Assembly (NCBI GenBank): GCA_951406725.2
Contig: OX597819.1
Location: 58,900,001 to 58,964,000, forward strand
Direction of reading: 5' to 3'
DNA from: Octopus vulgaris
Lineage: Eukaryota
Length of the DNA: 64,000 nt
The translations under genes and the position numbers were made by a program. This document shows positions 23,618 through 37,080 of this stretch, piece by piece. Each line of letters begins with the position of its first letter. The stretch's first letter is position 1. The notes under the pieces were generated by a model, which saw nothing but the letters and a program-made list of their open reading frames with translations, searched no databases and was not told where the DNA came from.

Positions 23618-24275
23618 TATGTTTGACTTTTGCTTTATGTTTGTACAAGTTGGCTCCAAGTCTCACCCAGAGACCTCAAGAGACAACAGGTTGGAAGTTC
23701 ACGTTGTTGTTATGCCTAGTGTGCCATATATTTTGGGGGGGTTGTACTAGTGAATGTCTAATAAATAAATTTTTTAAAAAAGTTTGTTTTAAACCTTGGG
23801 ATTACATAGAGAGTATTTTGCGTAGGATATGAGCAGTTCCCATGAGCACTATCTTTTGAATTTCTGCCATTTGGGGGTTTCCTGGTATCTGAGTTAGGTA
23901 GCAATCAGCCCCTTTCGCTATCATTCCCAGGGCACCTATTGTTTTAGTCTTCAGGTTCCACATTTTGCTGATTTCTATTTCAAGATCTTTATATTTGCTC
24001 AGTTTTTGGTAGGTCTTGACAGATACGTTTATATCGATTGGGACAGTCATATCAATGAGGAGGCATGTTCTTTGTCTGAAGTCTTTCATTATGATGTCTG
24101 GCCTATTTGCATCTATCTTTCTGTGAGTTTGAATGGTGAAGTTCCAGAGGTGTGAGATGTGGTCATTTTCAAGCACTGGAGGTGGATTGTGTTCCCACCA
24201 GTTTTTTTCATGGGGCAAATCCAGGTTTTTGCAAAATACCCAGTGAATATATTGTGCAGCTCTAACATGCCTGCC

Positions 24276-24277
<2 letters not shown>
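23617..24277 (-). mobile_element. 5'-truncated R4/Dong-clade LINE (restriction-like endonuclease domain plus 3' UTR) in (TAA)n
   Basis: Motifs 'IHWVFCK', 'NRPDII..D', 'LLIDMTVP', 'KLSKYKDLEIEI', 'IGALG' and 'LMGTAHILRKIL'. (TTA)n on both flanks. Confidence 0.9.
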
Positions 24278-24356
<79 letters not shown>

Positions 24357-24426
24357 CATTATTATCGTTATCATTATTATCGTTATCATTATTATCGTTA
24401 TCATTATTATCGTTATTATTATTATC

Positions 24427-24488
<62 letters not shown>

Positions 24489-24495
24489 CATTATT
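24278..24495. repeat. (TTA)n tract with an 18-bp higher-order variant (ATCATTATTATCGTT..)
   Basis: Direct reading. Confidence 0.9.
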
Positions 24496-25046
24496 GAGTG
24501 AGAGAGCAGTGCATGCCATCAAAGTGACACTGGGGTAAAATATACGAAGCCCAGTATACCCATCATGACTACCCGTCTGATAAGGGTATACTAGGCACAT
24601 GCATCACAACCATATGTGCGCGACATAGTGACCTCATATCAGGATAAAAAGCACGTGACCTTGCAGGTGGGGCCCAGTTAGAATTTTCTTCTGGTCGAGT
24701 AACCCATCCCGCTCAAAAGGTCCCTGAATATGGGTTGTTTAAGGATGTTGAACGAAACACCCATGTTTTCAGATGTGAATTATTCAAACCCCAAAGAATC
24801 CCTCTAAACACATGGCTATGATGCTCCCCCACTACTTCTGCCGGTGATCAGAAATGCACATATCGTCAGCCACTAAGGGACATGCTCAACTGGTTAAAGT
24901 CAAACAACTGACAAGCAAATCTGTGGTATTGAGAAGAATATTTGCTGTAGCCCATCTTTTATACCAAGACAAAACAATGTACATAACACTTCCAATCAGT
25001 TAAGATCAAAAGCCATGAGAGCCACTGTCTGGTACTGCATCAGGGC
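24496..25046 (-). mobile_element. ~550-bp non-coding interspersed element flanked by (TAA)n
   Basis: Full-length homolog at 46243-46758 and partial homolog at 36334-36617. Strand was inferred from (TAA)n polarity relative to the Dong fragments. Confidence 0.75.
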
Positions 25047-25109
<63 letters not shown>

Positions 25110-25509
25110 GGCGGCAAGCTTGCAGAATCAATAGCGCATCGAACAAAATGTTTATCAGCATTTCGTCCGTTTTTATGTTTGAGTTCATATTCTGCCGAGA
25201 ATGATCTTACCGTTAACCATTTCGGGTCGATACTATAAGTACCAATTGGACCCTGAGGTCGAAGTAATCGGCTGTCCCTACCCCCGAAATAGCTGGTTTT
25301 GTGCCAAAATTTGAAATCATAATTTGGTTAGTATTCTTTATGTTCTGGGTTCAAATTTCGCCGAGTTCATCTTCGGTTTCATCCTTTTGGAGTCGATAAA
25401 ATAAGCGCTGAGTTGAACACTGGGGTCAGTGTAAGCCCTCCCTAACCAGAGAATTACTGGCCGTGTGCCAAAATTAGAAAGAATTATTAATGTTGCTGCT
25501 GACGTATGA

Positions 25510-26022
25510 AGTTATGCCTGATAACTATTGCGTGCTAGACGGGTCCTGTTATCCGTCGAGTCAATCGCGGAGATCGTTTCATTGTCTTTCTTTAGCCCAC
25601 AAAGGCCGGCAGTTTTCTTCTGCTTGATGGCAATGCCAGAAGAAATTGTAGAGCGGATGCAGCGGAAAGGTTTAAACACAAACGCTTTCCTCGACAATTT
25701 TTTCAAATTTTTTTTCGAGTGTAACGTGAGGGTAGAGGAGAAGAAAACTCTACCACCAGTAAAATATGGGTCAGAATGGCAAATATGACCTTTGATGTCA
25801 GCTGGGGATACATGTAACTAAATGATCAAGCTTCTCCGGGATGTGTGCGTTCTTTGATTTACAATTGGCACCGTTTCCTTCTATTAATTCTATTAATTTT
25901 CGTTTACCTGTTTCTTTCTGTTACCTTCCCGTTTATACACTTTCTATGTAAAATCCTGATATTTATTGTAATGTACCCTGTCCTTTATTTTGTATTATTA
26001 CCTTTGTAATAAGTAAAAAGAA

Positions 26023-26025
<3 letters not shown>
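25510..26025 (+). mobile_element. Tx1/L1-type LINE ORF2 C-terminus and 3' UTR
   Basis: ORF 25528..25788 resembles a Tx1 ORF2 end (recognised from memory). Homolog at 21290-21745. A-rich tail. Confidence 0.6.
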
Positions 26026-26061
<36 letters not shown>

Positions 26062-27323
26062 GTGCCTTTCATCCTTTCGGGGTCGATAAATTAAGTACCA
26101 GTGAAACGCTGGGGTCGATGTAATCGACTGTCCCCCTCTCCATAAATTTGAGGTCTTGTGCCTCCAGTAGAAATGGTTGTTGTTGTTGTTGTTGTTGTTG
26201 TTGAATGCAAGGAAGCGTGCTGGCAGAATCGTTGGCACGCTTGACAAAAGAAATGTTTTCTTCTTCTGGCTTTACGTTCGAAGTTCAAATTCCGCCAAGG
26301 TCGACTTCGTCTTTTATCCTTTCGGTACCGATGAAATAAATACCAGTTGAACACTGGGGATCGATGTAGTCGTCTGAATCCAACTCCTAAAGTTGCTGAC
26401 CTTGAACCAAATTTATAAACAACATGGCAGTGAGCTGCAGAATCGTTGGCTTGTTGGCTTTACGTTCTGAGGTCGACTTTGCCTTTCATCATTTCGTGGT
26501 CGATAAAATAAGGAGCAGATGAGCTCCCTCCTCTAAAATTTCTGGCCGCGTACCTGTATTAGAAAGGTTTATGCTTTCTATGTAAGTAAGGTCGCGATCT
26601 AGCAGGTTCGTTAAGTATGCCAGACAAAATCCTTAATGGCATTTCAGTCTGATTTGATGTTCTAAGTACAAATTCTGGTAGGGTCAACTTACTCATAAAA
26701 TAAGTCCTGGGGGTCAAGGTGCTACAGTTGAAAGGATCATTATTATTTATCGGTACGGGTTGATATCAAACCTTTCTATTACTGCTCAAATGATACGCCT
26801 TCCGACCTCTGACACACGGGTTTTATGTCACCTCTTCTACCGCATCTACATTGGCCTACCGAAGCTCGTTAATATCGAATTCCCTCCACTCAGTCCCTCC
26901 TCTCCTCCCTCAGATTGTGTCCATCCTACACAAGTTTTTTTTTTTCCATCTTTCCTTTATCTGCATGCTGACCTGCAACTTTTCGACAAGAACGTTAACC
27001 ACGTCGATCTCTTCACGAATTTTTGGGCAGGGTGGAATGGGGGTGGGATTGCTCTACAAAGTCCAATGGACACTGACCCTTCCTCGAGGCCAAACTAGTA
27101 AAAGTTGATTAATTGATAATGGATTCTTGTTTGTGAATCTACAAAAACCTTTCGAAGGACCGAAAACAGTATTAGCACAACTGGCATTTATTTCTGACAG
27201 GAATCACGACCAAATGGTCGTGATGATGATGATGAGGAGGAGGAGGGGGACGACGACGACGACGATGACAACGATGACGATGGCAATGATGGTGATGACG
27301 ATGATGATAACGATGATTGATGG

Positions 27324-27359
<36 letters not shown>

Positions 27360-27639
27360 ATATCATTGTCGCAATGTGGATTGGCGGAATCTTCAGAGCG
27401 GTGGTGAACAAAAAAATGCCTTGCGATATTTGTTCCGATAGTTTGATGTCTGTGTATTAGTGCGATAAGCATTATGTGGTCTTATCAATTCAAGTTCTTT
27501 GAGCTATCCACAAAGAGGAATTATCCACAGTGTGGCCCCTAAACAACTATCCGTGAGTAACCGTCTGTGTCCCTTGATATTCCACATGCGATCTGTAGGT
27601 GTCTACCTATCACTGACTATTATCTGATGTATTTGTAGC

Positions 27640-28010
27640 TTTAGGGTTTTTTATTTTGTTTTATTTCATCTAGCTGTGGCCATGTTGGGGCACCGCCATT
27701 TGATGTTGCTACGTAATTTTACTTCACGAATACTTTTTAGCAATTGACATTTGGTGCATGAGAGAGTTTGATGCAGCTGCCCTCATCTGCACCTCCTGCC
27801 GTGAAGTTGGTTCATCTGGGACACCTGAGAGGAAGAGGTCCAGCTTTATTTTGAAGACACCTACATCCACCCCATGCAGGTCTCTCAGGTCCTTCGGGAG
27901 GATATTGAAGAGCTGTGGATCTCTGAAACCCAGGCTATTGCAGTATCCTGTCCTACATCTTGATGGCAAATTTGGAGTCCTTGGCACTATGCAGTGGCAC
28001 CCAGTTCTAG
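27640..28010 (-). mobile_element. CR1/L2-group LINE 3' end
   Basis: 'NSLGFRDPQLFNILP...FKIKLDLFLSGVPDEP' parallels 'GPALFNITP...FKKSLDKFLQTVPDKP' in the 32701 LINE. Short 3' UTR and A-rich tail. Confidence 0.85.
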
Positions 28011-28035
28011 TATGTACGTTTATACGCCATGTGTG

Positions 28036-28110
28036 TACGAATGGGTGTTGAAACGTTCCTGGCTTTAGGTAAAAAAAAAAATATATACAAGAGGATCAGT
28101 TAATCATAGA
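28036..28110. mobile_element. One end of the mariner-type MITE family
   Basis: TACGAATGGGTGTTGAAACGTTCCTGGCTTT matches the TIR at 31027. Confidence 0.65.
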
Positions 28111-28259
28111 TGTCCGGTTTGTTGAACATTCCAGGCTCTGACCCAAACAATTCACACATTTTTTCTGTCTCTTCTACCACTACTACAACTTGTCGACAGG
28201 AAGCGATGTCTGAATCAATTGATGCTTGTTGTGAGCTTTATAAGAAAGTTACGGGATTG

Positions 28260-28716
28260 GGATCTTTTTCTTTTGAACCCTAAATTTTAGCCTTTCTTTT
28301 TTTTTCTCAATTGTTATCCTTAAATTAATTTAACAATTAAGAAAAAAAAAACGAAAGGCTAAAACGAAAGCAAAAACTCAAAACAAAAACAAAACGAATA
28401 ATTGTAGACACACGCGAAACAATTAAATTAATTTAACAATTAAGAAAAAAACGAAAGGCTAAAATTTAGGGTTAGGGTTAGTGACAGGATGTTGTCTCAG
28501 TTTTAGACGCAGCAAATGATTTTAGCTCAACAGAGGCCATCGATTGGTTAAAACTCGAAAAATTAAACTACGTTAAACTTACAAATTACAATTTTCTCAA
28601 GAAAGCCAAGAGAAAAAAATGCTTTATTTTGACACATTCTACCAGTATACGAAGTTTAAAAGTGTTTAGTTAACTAGAAATTGTGTTGAAAACTGGCGTT
28701 CAAAAGGAAAAGCTCC
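28260..28716. mobile_element. Merlin-like MITE with internal TTAGGG repeats
   Basis: GG...CC termini, a 19-bp TIR matching 17/19, and an 8-bp TSD CGGGATTG at 28252-28259 and 28717-28724. Confidence 0.75.
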
Positions 28717-28811
28717 CGGGATTGTTCTCACATATTAGAGTATCCTATGGAAACAAATCGTTTATGGCGACAAAATAAAGAACTACTGACAGAGCTATGT
28801 TCATGTGTAAC

Positions 28812-28836
28812 CTCTTTCTTTCTCTCTCTCTCTCTC

Positions 28837-28882
<46 letters not shown>

Positions 28883-29020
28883 CCTCCCTCTATCTCATCC
28901 CAACACATATACATGCTCTGATATCTCTAGTCGACCAAAATGCCGATTGAACGACATTATAATCTATGTACGTCTGTCTATTGATGCAGCTGTTTAGTTT
29001 TCTCTTTACGTGTGTATATT

Positions 29021-29058
<38 letters not shown>

Positions 29059-29251
29059 TCGTCTGATCTGCTTGTCAACTGGATAATCAATCTCTTCACT
29101 GGTCTTTAAAAAGATAATTCAATGTCTGTCTGAGGAACCCATCAACATCTTTCTCACTCTTAAGCTCTTTCTCACCTCACACCCCCACTCCCTCTCTCTC
29201 TCCCTCTCTCTCCCTCTCTTTCTTTTTCACTGTCGACCTTCTCTCACTCTG

Positions 29252-29294
<43 letters not shown>

Positions 29295-29430
29295 ACTATC
29301 TCTCACTCTCTCTCTCCTTCTCTCTATTACTCCCTTTCAAACAATGAGTGTGCGTCAATATCGTATTCACTCCGTGTCTCCTTTCTATCATATTTTTTAA
29401 TACGTATGCAGACATTTCTTTTCTTTTCTT

Positions 29431-29503
<73 letters not shown>

Positions 29504-29748
29504 TCCTATCTATCTATATATATATATCTATATATATATCTTTCTATCTATCTATTCCCTCTCTCTATATATCTATATCTCTCTCTCTATATATATATAT
29601 ATATGTCTGTCTCTGCCTCACTACCTCCTCCCGCTTCAACCAATCGTTCCCTCTTTCCCTGCTTAGTGCTTTACTCCAAACGAATTCTCCATCTGTTTCT
29701 ACCTTTTTCTCTCTCAATCTCTATCTATCTCTCACACGCGCCCGCGCA

Positions 29749-29795
<47 letters not shown>

Positions 29796-29828
29796 ATACA
29801 CATATACTTAGAGAGAGAGAGAGAGAGA
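28812..29828. repeat. Cluster of (CT)n, (GT)n, (TA)n, (CA)n and (GA)n microsatellites
   Basis: Direct reading. Confidence 0.9.
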
Positions 29829-30254
29829 TGAAAGCCTATGATGCTGTAACAGAACAATAGAGACATTGAAAACGCTTTAGGGTGCCTATAAATGTTGGAT
29901 TAAGGACATATAATGACACCATTAATTTAAACCCTTAATTAAACAGACGACAGGAATTGTGTCTATCGAAATATATCGCCTGGTTATATAACAAACTACT
30001 TTCCATACACTTTCTTCGCAACAGCAATATACGCAGGTATTTTATTCATGCGTATGTGTATATGTATAGAAGACATGGCTAAACTTTATCGAGAAGCGGG
30101 CCGCATGAAGCATGGTTTATATCGTATGGCGACCGCACTTCTAGAAAAAAAAAAAGCTAAGGATATATCGTTTTCTTTGTGAAATTAGGGTGTGCCATTC
30201 AGAAAGTCCCGCGGGCCGTGGTCTACCCATAGCTGATGTGTGTGTGTGTGGCTT

Positions 30255-30611
30255 TTAGCAGTATTTCGTCAGCCGTTACGTTCTGAGTTCAAATTCCGCC
30301 GAGGTCGACTTTGTCTTTCATCCTTTTGGGGCCGATTAAATAAGTACCAATTACGTACTGGGGCCGATATAATCGACTTAATCCGGTTGTCTGTCTTTGT
30401 TTGTCCTCTCTGTATTTAGCCTCTCGTGGGTAGTAAAGCAATAGGTATTTCGTCTGCCGCTACGTTCTGAGTTCAAATTCGGCCGAGGTCGACTTTGCCT
30501 TTCATCTTTTCGGGATCGATAAATTAAATACCAGTTGCGTACTCAGGTCGATGTAATCGACTGGTCCCCTCCCCAAAAATTTCGGGCCTCCTGCATAGAG
30601 TAGAAAAGAAT
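30255..30611 (+). mobile_element. SINE family A dimer (tail A unit plus tail B unit)
   Basis: Two B-box units joined at ATAGGTATTTCG. Confidence 0.88.
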
Positions 30612-31026
30612 ATTTCTATCTATTACTAGTGCGTACATCTGTGTTGAGTAACAAAAACCAAAAACACCAATTTCAAACAGTAACATAATTCAAAGTATTA
30701 AAAAAGTAAAGAAAGAAACGAAAGAAATAATTGGCATGTCTGAAGGACAAAATATCCAAATAAGTAGAAAATCGAGTTAAATGGCATGAACGTGAAAAAA
30801 TTCGCGATTAATATGCATAAAGCTTTTTTTTACACATACAAAGTCACCTTGGCTTTCCAGAAGATATTTTGTGCAACTTGATTCTGACATGCACTCTTCA
30901 CCTTCAGTATCACTGGTTTACCAACCAAGATCTATAATAAACTGTCAGTCACGACCTGACAGTTTATTTTTGTATACCGAAACTTACATTGTCCAATTGT
31001 CCATCAGTCTTTCAGACGATAGGCTG

Positions 31027-31249
31027 TACGAGGGGGTACTGGAAGGTTCCTGGCTTTCGGTAAAAGAAAATACAGGAATATCAGCGAATTATGATTTTAC
31101 TCAACATATTCCCCTCTCGGATTTACACACTTACTGCAGCGGCCCTTCGGTTTTTCTAAGGTGTGTAAAAAAAGACTCGGAAGTTTGGGCCTCCAGCCAG
31201 GCCGTTCGCGACACCCTTAAAGCCAGGAATTTTTCAGAACCTCTTCGTA
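31027..31249. mobile_element. Intact mariner-type MITE (~220 bp)
   Basis: TACGAGGGGGTACTGGAAGGTTCCTGGCTTT ... AAAGCCAGGAATTTTTCAGAACCTCTTCGTA. Confidence 0.88.
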
Positions 31250-31342
31250 ATTTAAGGGAGGTTTAACTACTACTTCTAAAAGGGCAATCAACCGCGAAAG
31301 ATATTTACTTGAGTTGTTGTTGTCAATTGTGGTGGTGGTGGT

Positions 31343-31441
31343 TCTTCTTCTTCTTCTTCTTCTTCTTCTTCTTCTTCTTCTTCTTCTTCTTCTTCTTCTT
31401 CTTCTTCTTCTTCTTCTTCTTCTTCTTCTTCTTCTTCTTCT
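31343..31441. repeat. (CTT)n microsatellite
   Basis: Direct reading. Confidence 0.95.
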
Positions 31442-31800
31442 CAGTGCCTGGCCTTCTGCAATCTTAATTATTCAACTACTGATGTGTTATTCGTCATACG
31501 ACGAGTAATTTTTAAGATATAGTTTTACCATCGCGCGTAAAATCAAGAAATACAGCAGACATGCAATACTTATGATTAAAGTTTTATTGCACTTGTCGGT
31601 GCTTATACAAACTGATAAAATGAATGCTAGTTTTCAAAAGAAATATATCTATTATCTCAAAATAGATAAAACATTTATCTCATTTCTACAACTACTGTCT
31701 CAATTTACTCTCTCTCCTCCTCTTTTGTCAATGATTCTTTCTCTGTCACTGTGTGTAGCGTTTCCTCACTCATTGCCTGCCATCAAACATAGTATGTATA

Positions 31801-32020
31801 TATTTCTTTACTACCCACAAGGGGCTAAACACAGAGGGGACAAACAAGGACAGACAAAGGGATTAAGTCGACTACATCGACCCCAGTGCGTAACTGGTAC
31901 TTCATTTATCGACCCCGAAAGGATGAAAGGCAAAGTCGACCTCGGCGGAATTTGAACTCGGAACGTAACGACAGACGAATTTCGCCCGGCGTGCTAACGT
32001 TTCTACCAGCTCGCCGCCTT
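31801..32020 (-). mobile_element. SINE family A monomer
   Basis: 18-bp TSD TCAAACATAGTATGTATA at 31783-31800 and 32021-32038. Confidence 0.92.
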
Positions 32021-32224
32021 TCAAACATAGTATGTATACTTATCCTGCCCATCTTTTGTCAGCTCTCACCTTATCTCTTTTCTCACTCTTTCTCTAACGA
32101 TGTCTGTCGAAGCTGGAGATTCAACCAACGAACGAATCAAACAATATTTATATCGGCAATTATTATATTTAGATGATGACTACAGTTGTTCCATCGTTAA
32201 CCGCCGCTCTCTTATTTTACATGG

Positions 32225-32329
<105 letters not shown>

Positions 32330-32522
32330 CGCCATGATAGATCGTTAGCCACTACAGACATTTTTTTCTCTCCTTGTTTTTTTCTGTGTCCGTTTCTGTA
32401 GAAGAGCGTAAGCTCGAAACGTAAAGGACTTTTTATATTCCTGAGCGTTATACTAATACATCTGTTTGTTTTGTACACCATCTGTCTTCGTCTTTTGTTT
32501 TTTTTTTTCGTAAACTCTCCCT
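32330..32522 (+). mobile_element. Penelope-like terminal fragment with a variant hammerhead-like motif (~32387-32430)
   Basis: CTGTAGA-A-GAGC GTAA GCTC-GAAACGTA. Lies between (GT)n and (TA)n tracts. Confidence 0.55.
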
Positions 32523-32669
32523 ATATATATATATACACACACACAAAATTATATGTATTTATCACAACTTCTAATCTTCGGATTTTTTAAATATGCTAAG
32601 CCACTGATTTTAATTCATTAATATCAATTTCTACTCTTATTATTTAATTATATATATTTATATACATAC

Positions 32670-32700
<31 letters not shown>

Positions 32701-32701
<1 letters not shown>

Positions 32702-33742
32702 CTCCACTTCTCTTCATCATCTACATAAATGATATTACTGACACCATCAAACACAGCAACATCAGAACCTTCGCTGATGATTCCAAGCTCCAGAAGGTCA
32801 TCAATGGCGTGGATGACCGAATAAACCTTCAGTCAGACCTACTAGCTGTTGTCCAATGGGCGGAAAAGAATAACATGTTGCTAAATGAAGACAAATTCGA
32901 ACTGATCCACTTTGGAAGGAAGGACGCTCTGAAACTCCCATACTCTCTTCCTTCTGGAGAAATTCTCATGGCATCCAACAACATCAGAGACCTGGGAGTA
33001 ACAGTGGACAACAACATAAGCTGGGCTACACATATAAGCAGCAAAGTTGACATGGCCCGCAGAATGTGTTCCTGGATTCTCAGAACCTTCCAGTCGAGAG
33101 ATTCCCACGCTATTATCCTTCTCTTCTCCACTTTTGCCCGACCCCACCTTGAATACTGCTGTCCACTGTGGTCTCCCTACACAAAACAAAATATTATGAG
33201 AATTGAAGCTCCCCAAAGGTCAATCACAAAAAAGATAGATGGCATGTCAGACCTTGACTACTGGGGTAGACTAGAGAAGCTGAAATTGTATTCACTCCAA
33301 CGACGCCGTGAACGCTACATTATCTGTATGATGTGGAAAATATTCCATCAGCACTGTCCGAATGATGTTGGCATCACCTTCAAAATGCATCCAAGGCTTG
33401 GACCACGTGCCATCCGTCCACAACAAAAATCTAAATCGCATCACATAACGACAATACGGCACAACTATTTCACCTCAATTGGACCCGCTCTCTTCAACAT
33501 TACACCAGGACACGTCAAAAAAGAAACTGACCACACAAAATTCAAGAAGTCTTTGGACAAATTCCTTCAAACAGTACCGGACAAACCATCCACACCCGGA
33601 TATGTCTCCGCAAACAATAACTCTCTGCTCGAATGGGCCTTGGTGCCCAAATCCTGAACTGAAAGACTTCGCCAGGTGGTGCTATTAAGTTAGACATGGC
33701 CTGGGCCAATACTGGCCAAAAACCTTTCTAAGTTATTCTAAG

Positions 33743-33745
<3 letters not shown>
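32701..33745 (+). mobile_element. 5'-truncated CR1/L2-group LINE with an open RT C-terminal frame, inserted in (TA)n
   Basis: Motifs PLLFIIYIND, FADDSKL, RDLGV, RPHLEYCCPLWSP and LYSLQRRRER. Stop at 33657. Tail (TTCTAAGTTA)2. Confidence 0.95.
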
Positions 33746-33795
<50 letters not shown>

Positions 33796-33811
33796 TACAT
33801 ATACATATATA

Positions 33812-33965
33812 AGTGGCCTTGTGATAAGAAGCTTGCTTACCAACCACATGGTTCTGGGTTCAGTCCCACTGCGTGGCCCCTTGGGCAAGTGTCTTCTACT
33901 ATAGCCGCGAGCCGATCAAAGCCTTGGGGATAGATTTGGCAGACAGAAACTGAAAGAAGCCCGTC

Positions 33966-34038
<73 letters not shown>

Positions 34039-34263
34039 TGTATGTATGTATGTATGTATGTATGTATTTGTGTGTCTGTGTTTGCCCTCACACCATCGCT
34101 TGACAGCTGATGATGGTGTGTTTATGCCCTCGTAATCTAGCGGTTTGACAAAGGAGACCGATAGAACAAGTGCTAGGCTTACAAAGATTATTTCGACTAA
34201 AGGCGGTACTCCAGCATGGCCACAGTCAAATGACTGAAAGAAATTAAAGAAGAATAAAAGAAT
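33812..34263 (+). mobile_element. SINE family B
   Basis: Homology to 54648-55033. Expanded internal (TA)/(TATG) tract. Confidence 0.88.
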
Positions 34264-34474
34264 GTCTTATTTAACATATACATGCTCACACGAGACCTGC
34301 ATTAGACTCCTCACTCATATTATTATCGAACCGAGAGTCTAACTACGGTCCTCCCGTAGCACATAGCCTTACCTGCCATCTTGGGTCTTCTGAAAACCAT
34401 TTCCTCTGTGCAGAGAAATGGCTAAAATTTGCCCTGTTTATAATTATACCATATGTGGTATAATTATACCATAT

Positions 34475-34716
34475 GTGGTAGACGGAAATTGGAAGAAACC
34501 TGTCGTATATATATATAAAAGTTTGTGTTTGTCCCCCCACCGTCGCTTGACAACCGATATTGGCGTGTTTACGTCCCCGTCATTTAATGATTCACCAAAA
34601 GAGACCGATAGAATAAGCACTAGGCTTCCAAAGAATAAGCCCTGGGATTAACTTCTTCGACTAAAGGCGATGTTCCAGTATGGCCGCAGTGAAATGACTG
34701 AAACAAATAAAAGAAA
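34475..34716 (+). mobile_element. SINE family B, 5'-truncated
   Basis: Body and tail homology to family B. Confidence 0.8.
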
Positions 34717-34755
34717 AATATAATAATAATAATTATAATAATAATAATAATAATA

Positions 34756-34961
34756 TTCAGACAAATACATAACAAAAACAGCAGGACTTACAAACACATA
34801 TAACATACAGAAAATTGCACTACTAGGCACTGCACACATCCTACGCAGAACACTTTCCATACAATAACCATCAGAGCATCACAACAAATCACAGCACATA
34901 CCCAAGGCACACAGAGCTGCGCTCGGTAGTGAAGTGAAAGCACGCTATAAAAATAAAACTA

Positions 34962-34966
<5 letters not shown>
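34756..34966 (+). mobile_element. R4/Dong LINE extreme 3' end in (TAA)n
   Basis: Translates 'NIQKIALLGTAHILRRTLSIQ*', matching 'EIQKIVLMGTAHILRKILSM' of the 23617 element. (AAT)n on both flanks. Confidence 0.85.
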
Positions 34967-35043
<77 letters not shown>

Positions 35044-35887
35044 CGCGAATTTGTATATTTATCTTATCTAATAATTTATACCAAATTTATTTACCCTTGA
35101 ACTTTTAAATTTTGAACTCTCATCCGACAATCCATATAAACATCAAATTCTTAATCGATTGGAACCGTTCTTTTTTGGAAACCTTTACCTTTGGATTTTT
35201 TTCTTTTTATTTGTCACTTCTCCATTTGGTACCTGAACCCAACGTACCTGATGCATGGTCTTTACATATAACTTTTACTTGTAATTTTATTGACTTATTT
35301 ATATAAATTTATATGTATATTTATTTATTATGTGCTTTGGAATTTGTATTGATTACCTAGACGTCTTCCTTCCGTAGTTTCTCTTATTCGATTTAGCTCG
35401 CAATAAGCACTTCTTGCTACAGCCCATATATCGTGAAGTATACTTAAAAACATACTTTATAAGAAAATTTAACTTTATACATATTCATACATACAAGACT
35501 AGTGTTACTTTCGAAATTTGAAATCATCAGAATGTGAAAGAACTGTTTAAATGCAGAGAAAATATATGTGGTTGGTGAAAGAGGAAATTGAGAGTGAATA
35601 GCTGTTTCCGTAAATTTTATTTAAATATGCAAATAATTTTATACATGCTAATTTATGTGAGATAATCTAATAACTCTTTATCTCGCATAAATTAAAATGT
35701 TCACGATGACTGAAGAAATAGAAAAATAGTTGGCATAAATTAAGTATTAATAATATAGGTACCGAACATGGGCATGCCCGGCATGTGGCAACTACAATAG
35801 CCTCTGGTATTATAAGTTATTACAGGTATAACGATACATAACTCGAAGAAGTGCAACATTTGTAAGAAGTATATTTATATATATATA

Positions 35888-35957
<70 letters not shown>

Positions 35958-36191
35958 CAGATAGAGAAAGAGAGAGAGATGCAACGAAATAGTGTCATTG
36001 ACAAGGTCGCAGAACTGCCACGAAAATTTTGATATTTCAAAATACGGAAAGTAAATATGTCACTTTTTTTTGTATGTCCTTAAATGGCTACGATACCACT
36101 TCCACTCTGTAATTGCGTCAATTCCTACACTGGATACAGCAGAGAACAAGACTCTAACCAAAAGTGTACGGTTCAGATTTATAAAGATATA

Positions 36192-36246
<55 letters not shown>

Positions 36247-36249
36247 GGG

Positions 36250-36617
36250 TGAGTGGTAAGAAGATTGCTTCCCAACCACATGGTTCTGGGTTCAATCCAA
36301 CTGCGTGGCACCTTGGGCAAGTGTTTTCTACTATATGTGAGCGACATGGTGATCTCATATCAAGATTAACAGCGCATGACCCTGCAGGTGGGGCCCAGTT
36401 AGAATTTTCTTTAGTTCGACTAGCCCATCCCGATCAAAAGGTCCCTGAATAAGGGTTGTTTAAGGATGATGAACAAAACACACTTGTTTCCAGAGGTGAA
36501 TTATCCAAACCTCAAAGAATTCTTCTCAACACATGGTTATGATGCTCACCCACTACTTCTGCTCGGGATCAGAGATGCACATATTGTCAGTCACCAAGGG
36601 ACATGCTCAACTGGTTA
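36250..36617. mobile_element. Chimera of a family B SINE 5' half and an internal part of the 550-bp TAA element
   Basis: The switch occurs at ~36333 (CTATATGTG). Confidence 0.75.
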
Positions 36618-37006
36618 ATCAATAGTTAATTTAGATAAGATACGAAGTAGAGAGTGAGATGGAGGAATGAAAATAAATGTGAGATACGCAGGGATATTGT
36701 ATCTATTTTCATTCCTCCACCTCACTATCTACTTCGTATCTTATTTCCGATGAAGGGATATTTTAAATATCCTAGAACAGCTGTAAGACCTTCTATTTAT
36801 AAATGTTCTAAAGTCTACACAGCCTTGGTTTTTTATCTCATTACGGAAAAAAAGATTTATATACACACGCTGATATATGACCTACGTTGGACCCCTTATT
36901 CGCATAATCACCGAACCTGGAACTCAACTATGGTCTATCCATAGCACTTATTCAGCATTACCTGACACCTTTGGGTCTCACTGACACCATTACCTCCATT
37001 TCTCGC

Positions 37007-37050
<44 letters not shown>

Positions 37051-37080
37051 AGAAGAAGAAAAAGAAAAGGAAATAAATCA

